From: an uncultured Gemmatimonadota bacterium
GTDB taxonomy: Bacteria > GCA-2686955
Direction of reading: 5' to 3'
NCBI GenBank assembly: GCA_964490075.1
Contig: CAZBBK010000001.1
Span: 62,001 to 126,000, forward strand
DNA: 64,000 bases
Part shown: positions 20,298-29,917 of the stretch, piece after piece
How the letters are laid out: each line of letters begins with the position of its first letter
How positions within the stretch are numbered: position 1 is the stretch's first letter
Notes under the pieces: model-generated
Seen by the model: the letters and a program-made list of their open reading frames with translations, nothing else
Database searches by the model: none
Told to the model about the DNA's origin: nothing
Program-made: the position numbers and the translations under genes

Positions 20298-21965
20298 ATG
20301 AGAGCCACGAACGCCGGTGTCGGCGGCGAGGGCGCCTCGATCCGCCAGCTCGATTCCCCGGCCGCGCTCGCGCTCCCCGAACCCGCCCCGGACGCGGACG
20401 ACGCGGAACGCGACCCCGCGACACAAGGGATCGCGCGACGCCGTGGTCTGCTGCGCAGCTCGGGCACGGTGGTCGGAGCCAACTCGCTGGCGCAGGTGAT
20501 CAGCGCACTGCGCTCGTTCGTCGTGGCACGGCTCCTGGCTCCCGAGCGATTCGGTCTCCTGCAGGTAGCGCTGCTGGTGTTCGAGTACGGCAGAAGCTGT
20601 CACTTCGGACTGCTGCACGGCATGAACAAGACCGTCTCCCGAGCAGTGGGGTCGCAGCGCATCGAAGAGGCTCACCGGGCCAAAAACACCGCACTCACCG
20701 GCACCATGACCATCGGACTGGTGTTGCTCGCCGGGGTGCCGATCTACGCCTTGCTGCGTCCCGACGCCGGGCAGCAAGAGACCACGACGATCGCGGTCGG
20801 TCTGCTCGCGGCGCTGGTCTACCAGCTCTACAATTTCAACGTGTCGATGCTGCGAGCCCAGCGCCGCATCGGCGCCGCGGGCCGGAGCTTCGTGCTCTTC
20901 AGCCTCTGCTACGCATCGCTCGCGATCGCCGGAGCCTGGGCCTGGGGCTTGACGGGAGTCTATGTCGCTTTCGTTGCCAGCTATGCGCTGATGGCGATCT
21001 ACGCCGCGCGGGTGAGCGCCTGGCGCTTCCGGATCGCCTGGCATGTGCCGACCTTGCGTCACCTTTTCCGAATCGGGCTGCCGGTCGTGGTGGTCGATCT
21101 TTTCAGTGTCGCTGCGGTCACTCTGGACCGGCTCCTGGTCATCCACTTCCACGGCGTGGTCGGCCTGGCGCTCTACAGCCTCGCGAAGCGGGTCTTCGCT
21201 ATGGCCGGCACGGTCGCGGCGAGCCTCAACTGGGTCACCGAGCCGGACTTCCTGGAAGACCTGGGCCGCGATTCGCGCCTCGAGGTGCCGCGTGCCCGGC
21301 TGCTCGTGATCGCCTCGGCCGCCGGAGTGTTGCTGCCTCCGCTCTTCGCTTGCGCGGCCCTGGTGATCGCGCTGCCGCTGCGCTGGCTCGGCCCCGAATA
21401 CGCAGGAGCGATTCCGCCGGCACGGGTGCTGCTGCTGGGTGCGGGGCTGCTGCCTCTGGCCGGGGTCTCCCGGTCGACTCTGGTGGCGCTCGACAAGGAG
21501 CGCTTGATCGTCGGCGCGCAGCTGATCGGCATGGTCTGCCTGCTGGTCGCCGCGCTTCTGCTGAACGTCATGGGCGCGGGGCTGGTCGGCTTCGCGATCG
21601 CGTCGGTCGGCGCCCAGGGCATCACCGCCGGCTGCGCGCTGGTCGCCGCGCTGTGGGCCACCCAGGTCCCGCTCGGCAGCGCCTGGCGCAGCGTCGGGCG
21701 GATCCTGGTCCCGCAGCTCGCCACGCTGCTAGCCCTGGGCCTGGTCTGCGTCGCTGCCGCCGATCCGAGCCCGCAGCAGTCTCTGCTCGCTGGCGGTTGG
21801 CTGCGCTGGCCCCAGGGCTGGACGGCCAACGCCGGCGCCGCGCTGGCGATCGCGAGCGGGGCGGCGCTGGGCGCCTGGGCCGCGGGCAGCGCGGGCGGTG
21901 CCGGCGCGGCGCTGCGCGAGAAGTGGGGGGCACGGGCGGCGGGGCGAAGGGAGTCGAACCAGTGA
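20298..21965 (+). CDS. Oligosaccharide flippase (Wzx/MOP family)
   Basis: VVARLLAPERFG, multiple TM helices, LFRIGLP, LDRLLV...G...LALYS, GPEYAGA. Confidence 0.85.
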   Translation: MRATNAGVGGEGASIRQLDSPAALALPEPAPDADDAERDPATQGIARRRGLLRSSGTVVGANSLAQVISALRSFVVARLLAPERFGLLQVALLVFEYGRSCHFGLLHGMNKTVSRAVGSQRIEEAHRAKNTALTGTMTIGLVLLAGVPIYALLRPDAGQQETTTIAVGLLAALVYQLYNFNVSMLRAQRRIGAAGRSFVLFSLCYASLAIAGAWAWGLTGVYVAFVASYALMAIYAARVSAWRFRIAWHVPTLRHLFRIGLPVVVVDLFSVAAVTLDRLLVIHFHGVVGLALYSLAKRVFAMAGTVAASLNWVTEPDFLEDLGRDSRLEVPRARLLVIASAAGVLLPPLFACAALVIALPLRWLGPEYAGAIPPARVLLLGAGLLPLAGVSRSTLVALDKERLIVGAQLIGMVCLLVAALLLNVMGAGLVGFAIASVGAQGITAGCALVAALWATQVPLGSAWRSVGRILVPQLATLLALGLVCVAAADPSPQQSLLAGGWLRWPQGWTANAGAALAIASGAALGAWAAGSAGGAGAALREKWGARAAGRRESNQ

Positions 21966-24178
21966 AGAGCAGTGATCGATGGACGAAGGGAGTGCCGATC
22001 ATCACGCAGGCCCTGTTCGGCACCCTCCTCGGCGGTGGGCTCTTCGCCATCGAGGCGCTGGTCGTGGCGGCGGTGGATGGCAGCTGGACGCGGCTCGGCA
22101 ACACCCCGTTGATCTGCTGGGCGACCGGCTCGCTGGCCGGTGCCGGCGCCGGCATCGCTGCGGCGCTGCTGATCGCGCGCTTCAGCGGCGGCGAGAGCAC
22201 CGAGCCACGGGACCGGTGCCGCGAATCGGCCCCCCTCTTGCTCGGTCTGCTGGTGGCGCCCGTGCTGCTGATTCAGATGAACGAGCGCTGGGGACTCGAC
22301 ACCGGGGATCCGCGCAGCATCGCGGCGTCCGCGTTGCTCCTGGCGGCGATCGCCGCGATCTGCTGGCACGGGCGCGGAGCGATCGGCCGGGCGCTGCGCG
22401 GCCCCGCGAGCTCTCGGGCAAAGCTCCTGGCGGCCATCGCATTGAGCGCCGCCGGCGCGATCGCCGCGACGAGCATCGCGCCGGCACCGGGTCCGGCAGC
22501 GCTGCGGAAATGGCGGCACATCGATCAACGACCGAGCTTCGTCGAGTCGGACACCGATGGCAGGAGGCGCCTGCTCTTCCTCGGCATCGACGGGGCCCAG
22601 TGGGAACTGATCGATCCCCTGGTCGAGGCCGGCAAGATGCCGCACCTGGCGTCGCTGATCGGGCGCGGCCGGCGCGGTGTGCTGCGCTCCAGCGTGCGCT
22701 CGGCCTCTCCTGTGGTCTGGACCACCATCTTCTCCGGCCGTCCTTCCGAGTCCCACGGCATCGTCGGCTGGGAGCAGGCGGTGTCGAGCAATCGCAGGGT
22801 GAAAGCGCTCTGGAACATCCTCGACGATCGCGCCTGGACTCCCTTCGTGGTCAACGTCCCCGGCACCTACCCGGCGGAGGAGCTCGCGGGCGGCATGCTC
22901 AGCGGCTTCCCACTCCCCCAGGGCTCGCGCTCCAATCTCGGCTGGCGCGTCTCGTCCCACGCTGGATTCGCACCGGGCGGCCCGCTGCACGAGATCCTGC
23001 CCCCCGCCGACCCCGGGAGCGGGCGCAGCCGCGTCGTGCTGCGCGATCTGTGCTCCGACTTCGCGCTGCAGCACACCTCGCCCTATGTGCTGCTGCGGCG
23101 CTTCGATCGCTACCTGGCCGCCGAGCTCGCCCGGCGGCTCAGCGGCACCCCCTATGTCGCCTTCGACGTCGAGCACGCGCCCGGGAACGGCGCTGCCGCG
23201 GAACGTGTGCGCGGCTATCCACCGGGCGGCGACCGACCGCTCTTCGAGCTCGCCTCGGGCGAGTGGAGCCCGTGGCTCTCGGTGACCATCGACGGGTCCG
23301 ACCACGTCACCCGGATCCACGCCCTCGAGACGGCCGGGGAGACCGAGCTCTACGCCTTGCCCCTTCTGCCGGCGGGCGGAGCGGCAATCTCGCGCCCCTC
23401 GGTCCTGGCCTCCTGGGCCGCCGGCTCGGACGCGCCCTACGTCGTCGAGGGCGCCGGCTGGCAGATCTTCCGCGACCCGAGCCTGCTGCAGACCCTGGAG
23501 CAGCATCTCGGCGATGTCGCCCAGACCCAGGCGAGCGCGGCAACCCGACTGGCGCGCCGCGCCCCCTGGGACGCCCTGATCCACATCTTCACCCAGACCG
23601 ATCGCACCCAGCACCCGTTCTGGAAGTTCCGCGAGCCGGCGCTCTACGACACCCTGCTGAGCGACTCACAGGAGCGCCGGCTGCTGCCGGATGATCGGCA
23701 GATCCGCCGCTACGGAGGCGCCATCGACCGCGCCTACCAGCAGGTCGACCGCACATTGGAGGCGCTCCTGGAGGAGGCCGGCGACTCGACCTTGGTGGTG
23801 ATCGTCTCCGACCACGGCGCCCAGGGGGGCCGCAACCGAAACTCGCCCTCGGCCGGAATCCACCACCAGGAGGGCATCTACTTGATCGCCGGCCCCACGG
23901 TCCCCGCGCCGGAGTCCGCGCAGCTCGGACTCGGCCCTACCCTCGACCAGGTCGACGTGCTGCCGCTGGTGCTGAGCCATCTCGGTCTGCCGCTCGGCAC
24001 CGATCTGCCCGGCAGCGTGCCGCCAGAGCTCTTCCCCAGAAGCCCCGAGGGCGCTCTCCTCGCCCTTCCGCCCGCACTCCCGACCCTGGAGGATCCCGAC
24101 GCGGTGCGAATCGCATCTCCCGCCACGATCGGCGCCGATGTGCGCAGCCAGCTGCGCAGCCTGGGATACCTGAACTGA
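21962..24178 (+). CDS. Membrane-anchored alkaline-phosphatase-superfamily protein (phosphodiesterase/nucleotide pyrophosphatase type)
   Basis: GTGA overlap with the flippase stop; N-terminal TM helices; LFLGIDGA.W, SPVVWTTIFSG, TDRTQHPFW, VSDHG, C-terminal LRSLGYL. Confidence 0.85.
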   Translation: MKSSDRWTKGVPIITQALFGTLLGGGLFAIEALVVAAVDGSWTRLGNTPLICWATGSLAGAGAGIAAALLIARFSGGESTEPRDRCRESAPLLLGLLVAPVLLIQMNERWGLDTGDPRSIAASALLLAAIAAICWHGRGAIGRALRGPASSRAKLLAAIALSAAGAIAATSIAPAPGPAALRKWRHIDQRPSFVESDTDGRRRLLFLGIDGAQWELIDPLVEAGKMPHLASLIGRGRRGVLRSSVRSASPVVWTTIFSGRPSESHGIVGWEQAVSSNRRVKALWNILDDRAWTPFVVNVPGTYPAEELAGGMLSGFPLPQGSRSNLGWRVSSHAGFAPGGPLHEILPPADPGSGRSRVVLRDLCSDFALQHTSPYVLLRRFDRYLAAELARRLSGTPYVAFDVEHAPGNGAAAERVRGYPPGGDRPLFELASGEWSPWLSVTIDGSDHVTRIHALETAGETELYALPLLPAGGAAISRPSVLASWAAGSDAPYVVEGAGWQIFRDPSLLQTLEQHLGDVAQTQASAATRLARRAPWDALIHIFTQTDRTQHPFWKFREPALYDTLLSDSQERRLLPDDRQIRRYGGAIDRAYQQVDRTLEALLEEAGDSTLVVIVSDHGAQGGRNRNSPSAGIHHQEGIYLIAGPTVPAPESAQLGLGPTLDQVDVLPLVLSHLGLPLGTDLPGSVPPELFPRSPEGALLALPPALPTLEDPDAVRIASPATIGADVRSQLRSLGYLN

Positions 24179-24280
24179 TGCCGCGGCGCCCCCTCCAGAC
24201 TTCGTGCGTCGGGCCGATCACCTCGACATCGTATCCACAGACACCGTCCCCCGGTCCTCGAACACCGAGATGATCCTCTG

Positions 24281-25735
24281 TTGAGAGCCCTTTCCCCGTC
24301 CGCCCTGTCGAGCCCGCGCGGCGCTCTGGGTCTCGCGACCCCGACCCTGGCATGCGCCGCCTTCGGCGCTCTCCTGACGGCGGCCATCGGATACGGAGTC
24401 GCGAGCGGGTTCGGACCGGCCGCCGCGGCTCTGCTGCTGGGCGCCTGCGCGGTGTGCGCGATGCTGGTGCTGCCCTCGCGCCTGGTGCTGCAGGCCTGGC
24501 TCTTCGTCCCCTTCGCCTGGTTCTACTTCAAGCTCGAGCTGCCGGCGGGCATGCCCGATCTCGATGCCGAGCGCCTCTTCGCTTTCGCCGGGCTCACCGT
24601 GCTCCTGGCCAAGGCCTCGCTGCGGCAGGAGCGGGGGTTGATCTCGCTGCGCGCCTTCGGCGCCCTGCCACTGCTCTTTCTGGGGCTGCGCACCGCCTCG
24701 GCTCTGCACTCTCCGCTGGGCCTGGTTGAGGCCTCCTACTTCCTGCTGGGCGGCGTCTGGCTGCCGATGATCGTCTACCTCTTCGCCTTGCGCGCGGTGG
24801 AAACACGGCAAGATCTGAACCAGATCCTCGACACCATCATGCTGCTCGGGATCGTCGCCGCGCCCTTCGGCCTGGTCGAGGCGATCTTCGGGCTCAGCGA
24901 GAACGCATTCGCCTACCTCGGCGCCAGAGCCAAGATCCACGTCTGGGCGGAGCTCTCGGGGACCCGAGCTGCGGGCCCCTTCATCAATCCCGCCTCGTAC
25001 GGAGCCATGCTGGGACTGGCCACCCTCGCGGCGACCCGAACCCTGGTGAGCAAGCAGCGCGAGGGGCGGCTGCGGGCCTGGATCGCGCTGGCGCTCTGCC
25101 CCGCCGGAGTGGCGCTCTGCTTCACCCGCGGCGCCTGGCTGGGGGTGGCCTGCGGACTCGTGGTGTTTCTGGTCGTGGCCCGCCGCTGGCGCGCGCTGGT
25201 GGCCGCGCTGGGAGGGCTCGGCACGCTGCTCGTCGGTCTGGCGCTCGCCGGTCAGCTCACGGCGGCGAGCGGCAGCAGCGGCATCGGCGAGCGCACCATG
25301 AGCGGGGCAACGGTGCTCAGTCGGCTGGCGCTCCTGGAGCGAGGCGTGTTGATGACGAGCGAGCGGCCGATCGCCGGCTGGGGCATCGGCGGCTACGCCG
25401 ACAACCACGCAGCCTTCGCATCGACCTACTCGGTCTCAGGAGAGATGTCGAGCCACAACACCTACCTGGGGATCGCCGTCGACTCCGGGATTCCCGCCGC
25501 CCTGGTGCTGCTCTTGCTGATCGGCCACCGGCTGCTCAAAGGGCACGCCTTCGCGCGCCTCGCGGCGACGACCGAAGGAGACCGGCTGATCGCGGCGACG
25601 CTGATGGGGGGAATCGTCATCTACGCCGTCATCGGCCTGACCCTCGATCACTTCTACTTGCGCTACGACTCGGCCGTATGGTTTGCGCTCCTGGCGCTCC
25701 TCGGGACGCTCGCCGAGAGGCGTGAGGCGGTCTAG
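24281..25735 (+). CDS. O-antigen ligase/polymerase family protein
   Basis: RAAGPFINP, TRGAWLG, P.AGWGIG, SHNTYL...DSGI; polytopic membrane protein. Confidence 0.88.
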   Translation: MRALSPSALSSPRGALGLATPTLACAAFGALLTAAIGYGVASGFGPAAAALLLGACAVCAMLVLPSRLVLQAWLFVPFAWFYFKLELPAGMPDLDAERLFAFAGLTVLLAKASLRQERGLISLRAFGALPLLFLGLRTASALHSPLGLVEASYFLLGGVWLPMIVYLFALRAVETRQDLNQILDTIMLLGIVAAPFGLVEAIFGLSENAFAYLGARAKIHVWAELSGTRAAGPFINPASYGAMLGLATLAATRTLVSKQREGRLRAWIALALCPAGVALCFTRGAWLGVACGLVVFLVVARRWRALVAALGGLGTLLVGLALAGQLTAASGSSGIGERTMSGATVLSRLALLERGVLMTSERPIAGWGIGGYADNHAAFASTYSVSGEMSSHNTYLGIAVDSGIPAALVLLLLIGHRLLKGHAFARLAATTEGDRLIAATLMGGIVIYAVIGLTLDHFYLRYDSAVWFALLALLGTLAERREAV

Positions 25736-27207
25736 GAGGCTCCCCCCCGCACGTCGACCGAGAACATGTCGGAGTCGTACTCGAGGGCGGGGAAGATCCC
25801 GACGTAGACCGTCAGATCCCAGATCCCGGTGGCGATGCCCGCGGGCACCACCCGCGTGTAGTCGAAGACCGCGGTCTCTCCCGGGCCCAGGAAAACCTTT
25901 GCCTTGCTCAGCACCCCGGAGCGCCGGCCGGCTCCTCCGTACTCGATCCAGACGTCGACCGTGGAGGCCGTCGGAGTCCAGTTGCCGACCTCGAAGTCGA
26001 AGGAGAGGGAATCGCCCGGGGCGACGCTGGAGGCCAGAGTGGAGTCGATCAGGGTCACGCCGAAGTCGAGCTCGTCGTTCGGGTCCGAGAGCGCAAAGGC
26101 CAGGTCGGCGAGGCCGGCGGTCTGGAGGCGATCGTCCCCCCAGGTCGCTCCCATGGCTCCGTCGGAGAGCGCTCCCATGCCGCCGTAGTGCGCCGGAACC
26201 CGATTCCAGGCGTTGTTGAGGCGCTCCGGCTCGGTCCAGAGGGCCCCGTCCCAGACCTGGTAGTAGACGTTGGCACCGAGGCGATAGCTGACCAACACGG
26301 GCAGGCCGAGCGGTGTCGTGGTCAGACGCAGATCGGCGACGACGCTCTGGGTGTTCTCCAGGATGACCGACTCGACTTCCCAATCCTCGCCGATTCGCGA
26401 AGCGTGATTCACCGAAGCGCTCGGACCCAGCCGGGTCGAGAAGGCGGCGTGCAGACCGTCGGCGAGCACCAGCAGATCGCCGTCGCCGGCCTGCTCGCCC
26501 GATTTCGGCGCGTAGATCGGATCCGGAGCCGGCCAGCTCAACCCGCCGTCGGTGGAGGTGGCCACGAAGAAGGTCGACGCGGAGGAATCGGGCAGCGCGT
26601 CGGATAGGAGAGCGTGAGAGGCCCCGTCCGCGGTGATCTCGAGCTTCCAGAGCCGCATCGACGGATCGTTGCCCCGATGGATCTCGACCGGCGCTTCCCA
26701 GGTGGCGCCGAAGTCGTCGGAGCGCATCGCGAACGCGGAGCCGTCGGCCTCGAAGCCCAGCAGCAGCGCGTCGTCGACACCGCTCTGCGCCAGGCACAAG
26801 CCGCGCGCCGAGTCTGCGCCCGAGGCGATCACCTCGGCGGTCTCCCAGGTGCCGCCGCCGTCGGTCGAACGGGCCAAACGAATGGCGGGGTCATCGACCC
26901 AGTAGAAAGAGTAGAGATCGTCCGGCCGGCCGCGGTCCGCCGCGGCCACCACCCGCCGCTCGCCCCCCGGAGCAGCGGAATCGAGCCAGGCCACCGACCA
27001 GCTCAGACCTCGATCGGTCGAGGTCTGAGCATAGAGCTGCGCGCCCTGGGCATAGAGCAAGTGGATCCGATCCGAACCATCGACAGCGATTCGGCACTCG
27101 GCCACACCCCCGGCGGAGGTGAGGATCTGTGCCTTGCCGAAGTTCTCGTAGCAGCCGGCGCTGGCCGCTGCGACGAAGAGCGCGCTGAGGTACGACGGCC
27201 TGATCAT
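25732..27207 (-). CDS. BNR/Asp-box (sialidase-like) lipoprotein with C-terminal Ig-like domain
   Basis: GGGAG RBS before ATG 27207; lipobox ASAG-C; four Asp boxes STDRGLSW, STDGGGTW, SDDFGATW, STDGGLSW. Confidence 0.85.
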   Translation of the reverse strand: MIRPSYLSALFVAAASAGCYENFGKAQILTSAGGVAECRIAVDGSDRIHLLYAQGAQLYAQTSTDRGLSWSVAWLDSAAPGGERRVVAAADRGRPDDLYSFYWVDDPAIRLARSTDGGGTWETAEVIASGADSARGLCLAQSGVDDALLLGFEADGSAFAMRSDDFGATWEAPVEIHRGNDPSMRLWKLEITADGASHALLSDALPDSSASTFFVATSTDGGLSWPAPDPIYAPKSGEQAGDGDLLVLADGLHAAFSTRLGPSASVNHASRIGEDWEVESVILENTQSVVADLRLTTTPLGLPVLVSYRLGANVYYQVWDGALWTEPERLNNAWNRVPAHYGGMGALSDGAMGATWGDDRLQTAGLADLAFALSDPNDELDFGVTLIDSTLASSVAPGDSLSFDFEVGNWTPTASTVDVWIEYGGAGRRSGVLSKAKVFLGPGETAVFDYTRVVPAGIATGIWDLTVYVGIFPALEYDSDMFSVDVRGGAS

Positions 27208-27306
27208 CGAGTCTCCCGCTACGAGCGAGAACCGGGGGGCGCGATGCCCCGCACCTGGATCGTGGTCCATTTTCCCGCGCGAGGAAACTGCGGCAGGCCG
27301 CTGTGA

Positions 27307-28209
27307 TCAATCGACCACGCGCACTCCGGCGCGTTCGGTCTCCTCCTGGAAAAGCCGTTTGATGTAACGAGTTTCGGGCCCGACTCCGCCGTCGCCGATG
27401 GGGCGCCCGTCGACCGAGGTGACCGCGACCAGCTCCCCCATGGTGCCGGTGCAGAGCATCTCGTCGGCACGATAGACATCGGTGAGGGAGACGTCGCGCA
27501 CTTCGCAGGGGACCTCGTTGGTGGTGCACAGCTCGAGCACGGTGGCGCGGGTAACCCCCTCGGGGCAGGCGCGGGTCGAAGGCGTCACCAGCTTGCCCTC
27601 CTCGACCAGGAACACGTGCGCGGCGCTGCTGTCGGCCACGAAGCCGCGCGGATCGAGCATCAGCGCATCGTCGGCACCAGAGGCGTTGGCCTGGATCTTG
27701 GCCAGGATCGACTGCAAGAGGTTGGCGTGGTGGATCTTCGGGTCGAGGCAGTCGGGTGGAAAGCGGCGCATCGCCGATGTCACCAGACTGATCCCGTCCT
27801 GGTCGTCGACCGGCGGCTTGTGCTCGGCGACGACGATCAGCGTGGGGCCCGACTGGTTGAGGCGCGGATCCATGCCCAGGGTGATCTGCTCACCGCGGGT
27901 CAGGGTGAGCCGGATGTGCACATCGTGGTGCATCTCGTTCTCGATCAGCGTGCGGCGGATTTCCTCGATGAGCCGCTCGCGCGAGGGCATGTCGGTGTAG
28001 GCCAGAGCCAGGGCCGAAGAGCGCAGTCGATCGAGATGCTCGGTGAGCCGGAAGATCCGGCCCTGATAGAGCCGCATCCCCTCCCAGACCGCATCCCCGC
28101 CCAACACCACGCTGTCGAAGGGGCTGACGCCGGCAGATGCGCGAGGGATCAGCTCGCCGTTGATGTTCACCAGAAGATCGCGGTTCTTCTCGTTGAATGT
28201 CTGCAGCAT
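27307..28209 (-). CDS. Aminotransferase class IV (branched-chain aminotransferase-like)
   Basis: GGAGG RBS; SPFDS...GDAVWEGMR, HLDRL, LDPKIHHANLL, EGVTR, ADEM.CTGT. Confidence 0.93.
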   Translation of the reverse strand: MLQTFNEKNRDLLVNINGELIPRASAGVSPFDSVVLGGDAVWEGMRLYQGRIFRLTEHLDRLRSSALALAYTDMPSRERLIEEIRRTLIENEMHHDVHIRLTLTRGEQITLGMDPRLNQSGPTLIVVAEHKPPVDDQDGISLVTSAMRRFPPDCLDPKIHHANLLQSILAKIQANASGADDALMLDPRGFVADSSAAHVFLVEEGKLVTPSTRACPEGVTRATVLELCTTNEVPCEVRDVSLTDVYRADEMLCTGTMGELVAVTSVDGRPIGDGGVGPETRYIKRLFQEETERAGVRVVD

Positions 28210-28297
28210 GGGGAACCTCCGGGAGCGGTGCGCTGGGCGGGCCGGCCGGGGTGGCCGTACCTCGGAGCATCCTCCCTGCGCGGGTTGGAGGGAAGGG

Positions 28298-29062
28298 TCA
28301 AAGCCGATGATCGTGCAGCGACCGGTAGATCCCCCGCGCCTCATCGAGCAGTCCGCGCAGCCGGTCGGGCACGGCGCGGCGCGCGGGGCGGTAGGGCTGA
28401 AAACCGGCGCTGTGCTCCACGGAGCCGTACCAGTGCTCCGCCCACACCCCGTCGGTCTCGCGGAGCCCTGGCTTCCAGCGCAGCATGCGCCGATCGAAGG
28501 GCAGATCGAGCGCCTCGCAAAGGGCGCGCAGCCGACCCTCGGGATCCTCCAGCAGGTCGGTTGCGTCGAGCACCGGCGGCGCGCTGCCGCGCGCGTCGGC
28601 CACCAGCTCGAAGAGCTCGCGCTGCTGCGGCAAGCCCAGATCGGCCAGGGTTGGATCGCCGGCCACGCGGCCGTAGGAGGCGATCATCTCTTCGGGATCG
28701 CGGATCAGGAAGGCGTTGCGCAGCTCGGCCAGCCAGCCGCGCTCGATCTCGGGCAGCAGGTGATGGGCCATCTGCTTCTGATAGAAGACGCGGCGACCGT
28801 GGGGAACCGGGCCGGTGAGCCACGCCACCACGCGCCGCCAGTCGGTCTCGTGGCAGGCGATCACGGCGTCGCGCCCGGGATGATCCACGGTGTTCACCGT
28901 CAAGTAGTGAGCGTAGAGCGGCTCGTCGCAGACAAACGTATCGAGGCGACTGCCGAAGGCGCGCATCAGGACCGTGGAAAGGCTGCGCGGGCCCGACCAC
29001 ATGGCGATCCGGAGCGGCGGCGGCGCCGGTGCGCCCGAGGGGATCCTCTCGCGTGTGCTCAT
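28298..29062 (-). CDS. Sulfotransferase-like P-loop protein (partner of class IV aminotransferases)
   Basis: ATGA overlap with the M48 stop; IAMWSGPRSLST.LMRAF, DEPLYA, QKQMAHH, FLIRDP, DGVWA.HWY. Confidence 0.85.
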   Translation of the reverse strand: MSTRERIPSGAPAPPPLRIAMWSGPRSLSTVLMRAFGSRLDTFVCDEPLYAHYLTVNTVDHPGRDAVIACHETDWRRVVAWLTGPVPHGRRVFYQKQMAHHLLPEIERGWLAELRNAFLIRDPEEMIASYGRVAGDPTLADLGLPQQRELFELVADARGSAPPVLDATDLLEDPEGRLRALCEALDLPFDRRMLRWKPGLRETDGVWAEHWYGSVEHSAGFQPYRPARRAVPDRLRGLLDEARGIYRSLHDHRL

Positions 29063-29871
29063 CGCCGGCAGTCCGGGTCGTGACCCGCGCGGCGCGCACC
29101 GAGCCGAATCTGGGTGGCGCGCGGAATCCGCTCCCGCAGCTCGCGGATCCGGCTGGCGTGCGAGGGATGGGTAGAGAGGAACTCGGGCGGCTGCCCGCCG
29201 CTGGCGCGCGCCATGTTCTGCCAGAGCTCGACGCTGGCCGCGGGATCGAATCCGGCACGGGCCATCAGGTCCAGTCCGAGCAGATCGGCCTCCTCCTCCT
29301 GAGCGCGGCCAAAAGGCAGCAGCACCCCGACCTGGGCGCCGACGCCGAGCACCGCCATCACCTTGTTGCTGGTCTCGGAGGAGCCGCCGCTGAATACCTG
29401 CACCGCCTGCAGGCCGCTCTGGGCGGCGAAGGTGGTCGACATGCGCTCGTTGCCGTGGTCGGCGAGCACGTGGGCCACCTCGTGCCCCAGCACGCATGCC
29501 AGCTGGTCGTCGCCGCGGGCCACCTCTAGCAACCCGGTGAACACACCGATTTTGCCGCCGGGCAAGGCGAAGGCATTGGCGGCGGGATCGTCGAAGAGCA
29601 CCACCTCCCAGCGCCGCGGGCCCTCGCCGCTCTGAAGCGCGCCCGTGACCGCGTCGGCGACGCAGCGCACGTAGGTGTTCAGGGCCGGATCGTTGGAGCG
29701 GGGAGTCTGGGACTTGATCTCGTCGAAAGCGGCGACCCCCATGGCCGACATCTCCGACTCGGGGAAGAGCCGCAGCTGACGCCGCCCAAGAGGGGATTTG
29801 GCGCAGGCGCCGATGACCGGCGCCAGGACGAGGACGCAGAAGATCCCGCGCAGTTGCAGCGGACGATTCAT
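29059..29871 (-). CDS. M48 family metallopeptidase lipoprotein
   Basis: Lipobox IGA-C; ANAFALPGG, GHEVAH, QEEEAD, EFLSTHP. Confidence 0.93.
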   Translation of the reverse strand: MNRPLQLRGIFCVLVLAPVIGACAKSPLGRRQLRLFPESEMSAMGVAAFDEIKSQTPRSNDPALNTYVRCVADAVTGALQSGEGPRRWEVVLFDDPAANAFALPGGKIGVFTGLLEVARGDDQLACVLGHEVAHVLADHGNERMSTTFAAQSGLQAVQVFSGGSSETSNKVMAVLGVGAQVGVLLPFGRAQEEEADLLGLDLMARAGFDPAASVELWQNMARASGGQPPEFLSTHPSHASRIRELRERIPRATQIRLGARRAGHDPDCRR

Positions 29872-29917
29872 GATGCTCTCGGGCGGTTGGGGGTCGCGGC
29901 CGGAAGGCTCTGCGCAC

